This document shows positions 11,520-20,849 of a stretch of DNA of 64,000 bases, one piece after another. The stretch is from the NCBI GenBank assembly GCA_038887515.1, contig JAWAKK010000002.1, positions 32,001 through 96,000 of the forward strand, in the 5' to 3' direction. Below the pieces are notes generated by a model. That model did not search any database. It was not told the DNA's origin and saw only the letters and a program-made list of their open reading frames with translations. Source of the stretch: Candidatus Nezhaarchaeales archaeon. GTDB lineage: Archaea; Thermoproteota; Methanomethylicia; Nezhaarchaeales; WYZ-LMO8. The position numbers and the translations under genes are program-made. How positions within the stretch are numbered: position 1 is the stretch's first letter; each line of letters starts with the position of its first letter.

Positions 11520-11614
11520 CTAGTCCCGCCCAACAGAGTTGCGATCCAACTTTACTACAAAAGCTTAATATTTAATGTTTGAGGTCAGATCTCCTTTAGG
11601 GAGGCGCGTTTTCC

Positions 11615-12406
11615 CTGATAGACGTAAGAGGTTTAGTTGTTAGGTATGGCTGGAGGAGGGAGCCTGTTCTTAGGGGCGTAAGCGTCGTATTTGATGGTAA
11701 GCACCTCCTCCTAGGCCCGAACGGCTCAGGTAAAACGACGCTCTTCAGGGCGCTGACAGGCTTAGTCCCAGTAGCATCTGGTGACATCTTAATTGATGGC
11801 GTAAGCATCGACAAGATATACGGGAGGCCTGGACTCGTAGCTGCGAACCTAACCGAGATCTATAATCTCCTACACCTAAGCGCTTATGATCACCTCAAAG
11901 TCTTCATGGATTTAATGGGCGGTGAGCTAGATCATGCACTCCAGGTATTGGAGGATCTGGGCTTTAGCACTGAGGTTCTAAGAAGGAGGACTTGGGAGCT
12001 CTCAGCTGGTCAGAGAAAAGCCTTTGCAACAGCCATTGCCTTAGCCTCCGGCGCCAAGCACATTCTTCTAGACGAGCCTTTTGAGCAGCTCGATCCTGCT
12101 AGGAAGAGCATAATGTTAAGGAGGGTAGCTGAGCACAGCGGTGTAGTAGTATTGAACACCCATGAGACTTGGCTCATCAATTCAATGTGGAACTGGAAGG
12201 TACACTTCATCTTTGAGGGTAGGGTTTATGGTCCACTAGAGGCCAGGGATCTGATGGATGCAAGCCTAGTGTCTGGCGATGTCGAGGATGCGCTATTAAG
12301 GTTTGAGACCTCCGGAAGGATCTTTAGTATACTACCAGGTGGAAGGGGCCAACCGTTGACGAACTTGGTAACCCTTGATAGGATCTACGAGCTAACGTTG
12401 GGGTAA
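11615..12406 (+). CDS. ABC transporter ATP-binding protein (frame extends ~97 codons upstream of the track ORF; no canonical start)
   Basis: Open frame after TAG 11597-11599: LIDVRGLVVRY...LLGPNGSGKTTL...LSAGQRK...ILLDEPF...NTHE; GGAGG at 11600-11604. Confidence 0.85.
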   Translation: MIDVRGLVVRYGWRREPVLRGVSVVFDGKHLLLGPNGSGKTTLFRALTGLVPVASGDILIDGVSIDKIYGRPGLVAANLTEIYNLLHLSAYDHLKVFMDLMGGELDHALQVLEDLGFSTEVLRRRTWELSAGQRKAFATAIALASGAKHILLDEPFEQLDPARKSIMLRRVAEHSGVVVLNTHETWLINSMWNWKVHFIFEGRVYGPLEARDLMDASLVSGDVEDALLRFETSGRIFSILPGGRGQPLTNLVTLDRIYELTLG

Positions 12407-12412
12407 GCGGTT

Positions 12413-13240
12413 TTGACGGCTTATCTTAAATACAAGCTTAAGGAGCTGCTCACCAACGTCGAGCTTCTGGGTTGGTCGATAGGCTTCATAGAGTTCTGGG
12501 TCTTCATGTGGGTTTTCGTTTTCACGCCGGTATCCATGGTAGACGAATGGACCAAGGTTTTTCTTCAGGTGAATACTGGATTAGCGTATAGCTTCCTCGG
12601 CGTCCTGTCAATGGCGGCGGCTGGAGCAGGGCTTACGGGAAGCATTTACCGCGGCTCAATACCTACGAGGTATATAACCAAGTTCTCTAGGCTCGGACCA
12701 GCTCTCTACCTGCTAGAGGACTTCCTGGCAAGCCTAGTGGCGATCCTCGTCTATGTCTTGGTTATTTTCGTCTCGGTCATCGGCCTATCGTATGCGAGGT
12801 GGGGCGTCATCGCGTTACCGTACAGCCCTGTTGGGATCTTCGCTGGGCTCCTAATGGCAGCAGTAACCTTCTACTGGCTATCGTATGCGTTTTCCCTCCC
12901 AATAGTCGTAACTAAGAGGATTAGGGCTCTAACGATGGCGTCTTATATGCCCCTAATCTTAGGCTTCATAGCTTACTCTCAACTCTGGATAGACTTCGGC
13001 TCTGCCGTATACTTTGTTCCAGTGGTTCCGCTTATAGGTCTCCTAGCATACCATGGAGCTGGAATGTATCCTCCAACAGGTGCATACCTAGGTTGGCTAT
13101 ACAGCGATAAGCTATATCAAGCCTTAAACCTAAGGCTAGCTGCAGTCTCTTCCATCACTTGGATTGCAATTCTAATAGTGATTTCCATGCTGCTGTTGAG
13201 GAAGAGTAGAGGCGTATCCATCGAAGAGATCAAACTATAA
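12413..13240 (+). CDS. ABC-2-type exporter permease (6 TM)
   Basis: Hydrophobic multi-TM protein directly after the ABC ATPase. Confidence 0.75.
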   Translation: MTAYLKYKLKELLTNVELLGWSIGFIEFWVFMWVFVFTPVSMVDEWTKVFLQVNTGLAYSFLGVLSMAAAGAGLTGSIYRGSIPTRYITKFSRLGPALYLLEDFLASLVAILVYVLVIFVSVIGLSYARWGVIALPYSPVGIFAGLLMAAVTFYWLSYAFSLPIVVTKRIRALTMASYMPLILGFIAYSQLWIDFGSAVYFVPVVPLIGLLAYHGAGMYPPTGAYLGWLYSDKLYQALNLRLAAVSSITWIAILIVISMLLLRKSRGVSIEEIKL

Positions 13241-13486
13241 CCTTGTACTCCTCCAAGAAAAATTAAGCAAAAAGCGTGAGTAAAGCTCTAAAGCCATGAG
13301 GGCTTTAGATTCTCCTCTAGAGAGCAAGCCTATGTCTATGATCTTCTCCTCGACGATCTTCCTAAACGGTATGATCAGCTGAAGTGAAAGCTGTTTAGAG
13401 GATTGGGGACGCACTATTTTCGAAGTAAGCCACTTTAAAAGAGTTATCGAGGTTGCCTTCGTGAATTGAAGGGTTATCGAGGTGCT

Positions 13487-13814
13487 TCAATTAGCTGGAG
13501 ACTGGGGCTTAAAGGTGGACATCACTTCTACCCAATACTTCGAGGCATCTCTTAGCACGACGCTTTGCTGAATCTTCTCTTCGAGCTCTCTAGGGGTCAG
13601 CGGGATTGCTTCTATGAAGGGGGTTTATGCCAGCCCTCCACTGCAACCTGTTTATCAAGTCCAGCCTCTCGGTGAACGACATTCCCTCGAAGCTCCTTGA
13701 CACGACTACTAAGTCTATGTCACTCCTCTTAATCCAAGAAAACTTAACGTAGCTCCCAAACAAGTACGCTCTCTCAACAACTATCCCATATTTCGAGAAC
13801 GGAGTTCTATGCAC
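13487..13814 (-). pseudogene. MNT nucleotidyltransferase pseudogene
   Basis: AYLFGS...SDIDLVVVS; frameshift in the G5 run near 13619-13623; alternate frame continues FIEAIPLTPRELEEK...DASKYW. Confidence 0.75.
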
Positions 13815-13824
13815 TTGACGAACT

Positions 13825-14150
13825 CTACGAGAAGTTACGTGGGAGCTCGGAAGTCGAAATGGTGCTTACGTATTTCCTAGCTATATCTATTAGCTCGCTG
13901 TCATCGGTTACGAGCGTCAGCTTATCAGTCATCGCGATGTACAAGTAGGATGCATTGTAGACGGTTACGCCCTCCCTCACCGCCAAGTTGAAGACCTCCT
14001 CCTCAAGACCCCTTATGTTCTTTAACTCTAGAACGCTAAAAACCTTGGATAGGAGCTTCACCCACTTGTAGGCCGTCTCTACACGTACCCTCTTAAGTAG
14101 GAGACACTCCTTTCAGATGGCGTTAATGGTCTCGTAGGCAGCTAGGTCTC
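13825..14150 (-). pseudogene. VapC PIN toxin pseudogene
   Basis: YETINAI*KE (TGA 14113-14115)...GVTVYNASY...LVTDD; N-terminal D motif lost. Confidence 0.75.
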
Positions 14151-14224
14151 ATTCAGACAAGCGGTTAAGTACGTCAATCAGCTTAACTTCTCTTAGGAAA
14201 GCATACCTTAGCGAAGTAGCGTAA

Positions 14225-14332
14225 GTACCACCTTCACTAAAACTAGCATACAAGATAGCTAAGGTCTTCAATGCGAAGATAGAGGACGTATTCATCCTCA
14301 AGAAGATGATAGAGATCGTGAATAGCCGTTAA
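14225..14332 (+). pseudogene. C-terminal fragment of an XRE-family HTH regulator
   Basis: Translates PSLKLAYKIAKVFNAKIEDVF, the typical XRE/HTH_3 C-terminus. Confidence 0.65.
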
Positions 14333-14618
14333 AGGTTATGTGGAAGGGTTAATCGCTTAAAAGGAAAACTCGCCTCTAGGTGAGAACTCTCCATAAATAC
14401 TACCATAGAGTAATATACGAAATTCTTCATACCATACTCTTTCACACGATGGTTGGTGGGTTTAATAGAGCGATATGTGACAGTTTCAGCTAAGGCCCCC
14501 GTGAGCTTGAATGCTTAGTCGATTACTCGCCACTTCACTTAGAGAAAGTTATGTGCTTCCTGCTTCGCGACATGATTAGCTAAAAAGTTTTATATTATGC
14601 ATTCTCTGTATTACATGT

Positions 14619-14864
14619 ATGACAGTAATTACTGTTAGAGTGGATGAGGAGACCAAGAGGCAGATGAAGTTGATTAAGATTAACTGGAGCGAGTTCATTA
14701 GGAATGCTATAAAGAGCAAGATCGAAGAAGAGAAGAGGAGGAATTTGGCTAAAGCAGTTTTAATAAATGAGGAGTTCAAGAAGAGGAGCCTTGGGGAACC
14801 TAAAGCTGAGGAGATCATAAGAGCTTTTAGGGAAGAGCGCTATGTCCATGGCTGTAGTTGTTGA
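14619..14864 (+). CDS. vapB: VapB-type RHH antitoxin
   Basis: VITVRVDEETKRQM...INWSEFIRNAI...EIIRAFREER; overlaps vapC. Confidence 0.88.
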   Translation: MTVITVRVDEETKRQMKLIKINWSEFIRNAIKSKIEEEKRRNLAKAVLINEEFKKRSLGEPKAEEIIRAFREERYVHGCSC

Positions 14865-15261
14865 TGCTAGCGTACTGGTCAAGTGGTTTGTGATCGAAGA
14901 GGGCTCTGAGGAGGCCCTCGAGATAAGGGACAAGTACGTTAGTGGAGAGGTGAGGCTCATAGCTCCAGAGCTCTTGATATTCGAGGTCCTAAACGCCCTA
15001 TACTACAAGAGGCTCTTCTCGCTTGAGGAGATGAGGGAGGTCGCTGAAGCTCTAGACGCATACTCCTTCGATCTATACCCTCTTAAAGGAGACTATGCGA
15101 AGAAGACTTTGGAGATAGCTTACGAGAACAACGTAACAATTTACGATGCGTCTTACTTGTCGCTAGCTCTTATTAAAGGTACCCTCATGTATACGGCTGA
15201 CGTAAAGCTTTGGGAGAAGTTGAAGGATAAGTACTCGCCCTACATTAAAGTGCTTAAATGA
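14842..15261 (+). CDS. vapC: VapC PIN toxin
   Basis: VVDASVLVKW, EVLNAL, TIYDASY, YTAD. Confidence 0.92.
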   Translation: MSMAVVVDASVLVKWFVIEEGSEEALEIRDKYVSGEVRLIAPELLIFEVLNALYYKRLFSLEEMREVAEALDAYSFDLYPLKGDYAKKTLEIAYENNVTIYDASYLSLALIKGTLMYTADVKLWEKLKDKYSPYIKVLK

Positions 15262-15308
15262 AGACTACCATCCGCGCTTGAATACGCTTCACTAAATTAA
15301 ATGCTTGT

Positions 15309-15668
15309 GTGGGCTTCATGCTTGCCTCCTTCGAGACAAGAGTGTTGGATGTGGATAGAAGGGGTAAGGCGGTTAAGGACGTGGTCCTCGAAGCCTTAAA
15401 GTGCTTGGAGGCGAAGTTTAAGCCTGGATTCGATGAAGGCTATGAACGGGCGTTGAAGGACTTCGTTGATAAACCCCACTTCTTCTACAAGAAGGTTAAG
15501 AAGCTTGTAACTGAATAAGTAGCGCTGTTCACGCCACCATGCCCATTGTGCGGGGAGGTCATCGCCTTCACTCACAAGCCAGGCAACTGGCCGGACATAT
15601 TTAAGTCGCTAGTATTCACCTTCGGCAACTACGCTCACACTAAGTGTTCCTCAAAGGTTAAGGAGTAG
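15309..15668 (+). pseudogene. Helical protein with CxxC...HxxC Zn finger, interrupted by in-frame TAA
   Basis: ORF 15309-15518 continues in frame after TAA as VALFTPPCPLCGEVIAF...YAHTKC to TAG 15666-15668. Confidence 0.6.
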
Positions 15669-15978
15669 TCGGGTTTCTCGCCTTAGAGGGCTATGGCATC
15701 CTTAGGCTACTTCCCGTAAGTTTTGCCCCTCATTGGAGGGGGCATGCTCGTCTAAAACTAGGAGGCCATTCAAACTCTTCCAATAGATGGAATACATAGA
15801 GTTGATAAGCATTACTCCTCGAACTTTTCGTGAATTATCATAGGTAATTGAAGGTGAAGATCATTAAGGCCGCATATGGTGGGATACCCCATTAATCTCG
15901 ACCGGCTAATCTAGTGTCCGCTTAAAAGATGATGGCTACAGCCATCTTCTTTGATGTATCGATCTTAGCGTGCTGCAG

Positions 15979-16585
15979 TTAATAGCTTCTTCTAACTTTA
16001 CTCGAAAAGTGGTACTCAATACGCCTTCCATCCTTTTCAATGAGAGCGTAACCGACTATCCTCCCACGCTCTTTTAAGATCTTGAGTTTACATCCTCTAT
16101 GTAGGAGAGCGATTCTAACGGCGTTGACCACATCAGGTATGGATGATGCAACGTGAGCAACGAATACGACGTGGATCAACGTATCAGAAGTCGAAATCCA
16201 CGCTATGAGTAGTGGAGTTGTTAAAGCGATTTGTGGTGCCAGCACTGTAACTACGTAGTTGATCCAGGTAAGCTCATCGTAAGTTACAGCAATTCCTCCA
16301 CACCTCAATAGCAGCTCGATCTTGGCCTGTCCCCAAGAGCCCTTATAGTTACGTAGTGACGAACTCGTGAAGAACGGCTACAAGTAAATAGAGAGAGCTG
16401 GCCTTCACAGCGAAGATCTCGAGACCTCCATGAAATTCAATTCCAATTGGGTCGGTGGTAGATAATAAGAGCGCGAAGGTTGCAATCAAAGCTGTGAGCG
16501 CGGTTATTTGCAGTAAGAGTTCCTTTTTCCTTACAACTTCGCTGTCTCCCTGCGCATTGCAGTTTACAACCCCCCGGAAATGCAT
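15979..16585 (-). pseudogene. DUF3267-like HExxH membrane metalloprotease pseudogene
   Basis: Two single-base additions near 16357 and 16332 restore LHEFVHYVTIRALGGQAKI...VLAPQ...SSIPD, joining ORFs 16349-16585 and 15979-16308. Confidence 0.65.
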
Positions 16586-17049
16586 AAAATTATTTTGAAT
16601 ACTCGTTCACTCGAATTTAGAGCGCTTGTTTGTTAAGTAATATTGCTGGATTATTACTCTTTGGCCTCCAAGTCTTCGTAGTAACTAATTGCTCTAGCAG
16701 TGATTAGAAGCCCATATACTGAGCGGGTGTAATATATATCGTACATAAAGTTATTTACAATACACGCTTTCGCGTCTTCGAAACTTTTACACCGCTTTCA
16801 TCCACGGCAATCATGATTCTCCGGCAGGTGATGTTTAGCACAGAAGTGCCACTACAAAGATTGCATTTAAAAGCTAAGCATGGAATTATGTCCTTACCAC
16901 AATGATCACAATTCACCACAACAATGAGTAAACTATAGTTTATATTCCTTTCCGCCTTGCTGCCAGATAATGCCTTAAAGTATGAGGCTACTAAGAAGGT
17001 AGTCGTAGTGGCTTTCGATGTTTTAACCGTTAATGGCCGTGAGTAGCCG

Positions 17050-17838
17050 CTAATATTGCCAACTGACGGTGTCCCTCGTAGTAGGTAAAGGTGCTATTAT
17101 CTTGTGCTCTCTAATTACGACGGTTGGGACGCCGTATACTTCAAATATCATCTTTGGATTGAGGACTTCATCGGGACGGCCCGCAGCGAATACCTTGCCC
17201 TTATTTAAGAGCAACACTTTGTCTGAAGCCCTATATGCTTGGGTGAGGTCGTGCAGAGCCATCACTATCGCCAGTCCCCTTGATCGTAGGGATCTTATTA
17301 AGTTCAATACTTCAACTTGATATTTTAGGTCTAAGTTGCTCGTCGGTTCATCTAGGAGTAGGACTTCTGGTTCTCCCGCCAAGGCTCTCGCGATGACTAC
17401 TCGCTGAAGCTCTCCTCCACTCAGCTCGTCTAGGCTCCTTTCGGCTAAGTCTAAGGCGTCCACCACCTTTAGGGCTTCATAGACCTTTTGTTCGTCGATT
17501 TTGGACGGGGTAAAATCTATGTAGGGCCTTCTACCGGTCATGACGAAGTCGTAGACCGACAGCATACCTGAAGTATTGATTCTCTGAGGAACGATACCTA
17601 TCCTACGTGCAATCTCCCTCCTCGGAAGCTCCCACAGACTAACGTTATCTACGTAAACCACGCCCATCAATGGCTTTAGGACCCCGTTAATCACCTTGAG
17701 GAGGGTACTCTTACCGGCGCCGTTCGGTCCTACGATGGAGAGGACCTCACCGCTACCTACGGTTAGCGAGACGCCGTCCAGCGCCTTAACACTTCGATAT
17801 CGAACCTTAACTTCCTTAACGATGATCTCTATAACCAC
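17050..17838 (-). CDS. Fe-siderophore/cobalamin/metal ABC ATPase (FecE-like)
   Basis: GPNGAGKS, LSGGELQRV, LLDEPTSNLD, LHDL. Confidence 0.92.
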   Translation of the reverse strand: MVIEIIVKEVKVRYRSVKALDGVSLTVGSGEVLSIVGPNGAGKSTLLKVINGVLKPLMGVVYVDNVSLWELPRREIARRIGIVPQRINTSGMLSVYDFVMTGRRPYIDFTPSKIDEQKVYEALKVVDALDLAERSLDELSGGELQRVVIARALAGEPEVLLLDEPTSNLDLKYQVEVLNLIRSLRSRGLAIVMALHDLTQAYRASDKVLLLNKGKVFAAGRPDEVLNPKMIFEVYGVPTVVIREHKIIAPLPTTRDTVSWQY

Positions 17839-18871
17839 GCTTGTTAACCCCCAAGAGTAGGTAAACCAAGAGGGGGGCCCCGACGAGGGAGGTCATGACC
17901 CCAACGGGTATCATTGTTGGAGCTATAACATTCCTACCAATCGTGTCCGATAACGTTAAAATCGAAGAACCCATGAGCATTGAAGCGGGCATCAAGTACC
18001 TGTGCCCGCCTCCAAATAGGAACCTGGCTATGTGGGGGGCTGCTAGGCACACGAAGCCTATGACCCCTACGAAAGACGTAGCTAGAGCGGTTGCTAGAGC
18101 GGCTATAATGGTAGTTTCAAGTCTCAGCCTTTTAGGGCTTACGCCTGAAGACTTGGCTAAGTCGTCTCCACCCAATATAAGATCGAAGTCTAGGCTTTTA
18201 ATTATGAAGTAGGGCACGACGACGGCTATGGCGACTACGCCTACGATACCTAGCTCAAACCAAGATATCCTCCCCAGATCCCCAAAGGTCCAGAAAACCA
18301 CGGTTGAAACCAGTATCTCGTTGAGGTAGAAGTACTGTAGCAAGTACAATATTGCTTGGTAAACGAAGGATATGGCTATGGCCGAGAGGACGAGGGTACC
18401 TGCGCTTAGTCCAGCTTTGTAGGCGAGCAAGAGCACGACTGCGACTTGAATGAGAGAGAAGATGAAGGCGAACGCCGACACCATGAACGGATCGTATATG
18501 AGTATCTGATACCTCTGTATCGCTCCTCCGTGAAGTACTAGGAGAGCGACCGCGACTCCTAGAGAGGCTGCAAACGAAAGACCGAAAGTGAAGGGGGAAG
18601 CTAGCGGGTTCCTCATGGAGGCTTGTATTGCCGCACCGGATCCACCTAAAATGGCTCCTATTACTATTCCAGCTAAGATCCTCCTAAGCCTTAGGTCCCA
18701 GACTATTGTTGAGAGTACGCTATTATCCGGCATTACTAGGACTCGGATTATGTCGATTATTGAGGCCTTGTACCAGCCCCAGGCAATAGATATTGGAATT
18801 AAGAGTAGTACTAGGAAGGCTAGGATTATCAAGAAAAACTGTTTCCTCCTCTTAGAGGTAGCTGCCCGCAA
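17816..18871 (-). CDS. FecCD/BtuC-family permease
   Basis: RNPLASPFTFGLS, GVIGFVCLAAPH, IPVGVMTSLVGAP. Confidence 0.92.
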   Translation of the reverse strand: MRAATSKRRKQFFLIILAFLVLLLIPISIAWGWYKASIIDIIRVLVMPDNSVLSTIVWDLRLRRILAGIVIGAILGGSGAAIQASMRNPLASPFTFGLSFAASLGVAVALLVLHGGAIQRYQILIYDPFMVSAFAFIFSLIQVAVVLLLAYKAGLSAGTLVLSAIAISFVYQAILYLLQYFYLNEILVSTVVFWTFGDLGRISWFELGIVGVVAIAVVVPYFIIKSLDFDLILGGDDLAKSSGVSPKRLRLETTIIAALATALATSFVGVIGFVCLAAPHIARFLFGGGHRYLMPASMLMGSSILTLSDTIGRNVIAPTMIPVGVMTSLVGAPLLVYLLLGVNKRGYRDHR

Positions 18872-18873
18872 AG

Positions 18874-20049
18874 CTATGGCACCTTAAATACTTCAGCTAA
18901 GTTCTTGAAGCCCCAATAGGCTTCTTCGTAAGCTCCGTACAACGGCCTCCCTAGGAAGGCGTTGAAGATCTCGTCTACCTTGCTCTTAGGATCTAAGTCT
19001 GCGAAGCTTTTCGGGTACAGCACCTTACCTATATAGTATGCATCAGCTAGGGCCACGGCTATGTTGGTATGATAGTAGTTGTAGGGAAGGATTCCATACA
19101 CATTACCTTCCCTAAAGGCGTTAAGTTGCAGGTACTTCGATGGATCCTTATCGAAGTCCTGCTTTACTATGTTCAAGTTCCCCTCGTCTATGAATATTAC
19201 TTCTGGCTGTTCTTTAAGCAAGAACTCAAAGTCCAAGCTTAAAAACCCTGAGCCCTTGGAGTAGCCGTCAGCAATCGACCGAGTATACAGTAGCGTAAGC
19301 GGCGGGAAGGGGGTTTGCGTAGCCGTAAAGGGTTGAGGTCCCCTATACGACACAGCCCCCACATACACCTTCGGTCTTTGCTCGATCCTCTCAGTCCTCA
19401 TCCTCAAATCTTCGACGAGCCCCTCCACGTAGCTTATTAACTCTTCAGCTCGCTCGCTCTTGTTTAAGGCCTTTCCAAGCATCCTTAGCGCTTTAGCGAA
19501 GCCATCGACGTCCAAGTAACCCGCCTGTCCATAGTCCACGACGACTACTTTAGCCTTAGTCTCCTTCTCAAGTTCGTCGGGATTATACAACTCGGCGTAA
19601 CTCCGGCTCATGATTATGAGGTCCGGTTCAACGCTCAATATGAGCTCCGGGTTTGGAGGCTTTCCAGGCCCTCCAGGGCCTATTACTGGTAGGCCTCTAA
19701 ATAGCTCTCCATAGGCCATAGCGTAGTCCCTCCCAGTAAAGCCCCACGTAATCTCGCTCTCTTCCACCCCAACGATCAAGTCGAGGGCGTTTAAGTAGCA
19801 TACTAAACGGAGCGCTCCAGGACCTATAGCCACTATACGCGTAACCCTTTCGGGTAAAGTAACGTTTCTACCCATAAAGTCGATTACGTAGTTGATGGTA
19901 GGAGTTTGGCTTTCCTGGTGGCCATACTCTGCCGAAGGCCTATTTAGCGGCTGGAAGAGGGTTAGCATAACTATGGCGGCGATGGCTACCGCGACTACTG
20001 TTAGAACGGCTACTTTAACTGTTGAAAAGCCCCGGCTCATGTTCCTCAC
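18874..20049 (-). CDS. Fe/B12/metal ABC substrate-binding protein
   Basis: DFMGRNVTLPERVTRIVAIG, ELILSVEPDLII, GKVLYP. Confidence 0.9.
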   Translation of the reverse strand: MRNMSRGFSTVKVAVLTVVAVAIAAIVMLTLFQPLNRPSAEYGHQESQTPTINYVIDFMGRNVTLPERVTRIVAIGPGALRLVCYLNALDLIVGVEESEITWGFTGRDYAMAYGELFRGLPVIGPGGPGKPPNPELILSVEPDLIIMSRSYAELYNPDELEKETKAKVVVVDYGQAGYLDVDGFAKALRMLGKALNKSERAEELISYVEGLVEDLRMRTERIEQRPKVYVGAVSYRGPQPFTATQTPFPPLTLLYTRSIADGYSKGSGFLSLDFEFLLKEQPEVIFIDEGNLNIVKQDFDKDPSKYLQLNAFREGNVYGILPYNYYHTNIAVALADAYYIGKVLYPKSFADLDPKSKVDEIFNAFLGRPLYGAYEEAYWGFKNLAEVFKVP

Positions 20050-20714
20050 CTAACGTGCGGAACCTTGAAGTTCGGTACTATGCCTCTACCAACAACGGCT
20101 TCGCATTCACCCAAGCAACCTAAGCAAATGGGCTTCCCGTCGACTATCTTTACCCTAGTCTTCATCGCAAGCTCTCCACACTTTTCGCACCGAATACTTT
20201 CAAAGATAGGCGCTCTCTCGATCCCAGCTACCTTAACTTCCTCTATCTTGAACTCCTCTTCCGGGAGATCCTTCATGGAGTATGCTATCTTAGTCCATAT
20301 TTCCTGCAACTTCTTAACTTCATCAGGAGTACCTTCTCTCTTCACTACAACCTTCTCGAAGAGGGCCATAGCCTCCTTGCTAAAGTATTTATCAAGCCTC
20401 CCCCTATCTATGTAGACCCTAACGCCTTTCCAGTCCCTCCTCCTAACTAACGTGAGAGCGTTCTTGCCTAGATCCAAGTAGACGAGGCAGTTGTTCCCTA
20501 TGGTACAGCGGGTCGCCACTTGCACTCCGTCGGTAAAACAGTTGTTGCACTCTACGATGGCGAGGAGCTCTTCGCCGACCGTTTCTAGCGAGTTAGCCTG
20601 CTCTACGCCAAGCCTCTTCATAGCGATCTCGGATGCCCTCAAGCCTAAGACGAGGAAAGGGCATATGTGGCCATGTAGCTCCTTTGCTTTTAACATTAAT
20701 GTCTCGTCAACCAA
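20046..20714 (-). CDS. FmdE/FwdE-family metal-binding protein with C-terminal Zn finger
   Basis: HGHICP, CFTDGVQVATRCTIG, CEKCGE...CLGC. Confidence 0.9.
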   Translation of the reverse strand: MVDETLMLKAKELHGHICPFLVLGLRASEIAMKRLGVEQANSLETVGEELLAIVECNNCFTDGVQVATRCTIGNNCLVYLDLGKNALTLVRRRDWKGVRVYIDRGRLDKYFSKEAMALFEKVVVKREGTPDEVKKLQEIWTKIAYSMKDLPEEEFKIEEVKVAGIERAPIFESIRCEKCGELAMKTRVKIVDGKPICLGCLGECEAVVGRGIVPNFKVPHVR

Positions 20715-20727
20715 CCTCCATCACCAT

Positions 20728-20789
20728 TATTACTGGAGCTTTAAAAAAGTAACACTATTGTAGTAATAAATTTTTCCAACAGTATTGAC
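20728..20789. promoter_or_regulatory. Candidate NikR-like/RHH operator over the fmdE-ABC promoter
   Basis: TATTACT-N13-AGTAACA (20728-20754) flanking a TTTAAA box, plus GTAATA-N14-TATTGAC (20763-20789). Confidence 0.45.
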
Positions 20790-20849
20790 GACCCTTTAAG
20801 TTGGGTACAACTAAGTATTAAAGGGAGGTTAGCGGGACCGGAGCAACCC

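Noticed and set aside
13441-13495. Imperfect ~30-bp repeat (GTTATCGAGGT x2) with ATTGAAG, CRISPR-like
   Set aside because: Only two short copies, no spacer-length unique sequence, no cas genes
8611-15518. In-frame TAG/TGA/TAA as possible Pyl/Sec recoding
   Set aside because: All three stop types occur together with frameshifts, and many intact genes end in TAG or TGA; decay is the simpler explanation
15720-15955. Hairpins TGCCCCT/AGGGGGCA and GATGGCT/AGCCATC
   Set aside because: Short isolated stems with no IS ends or transposase; not distinguishable from chance
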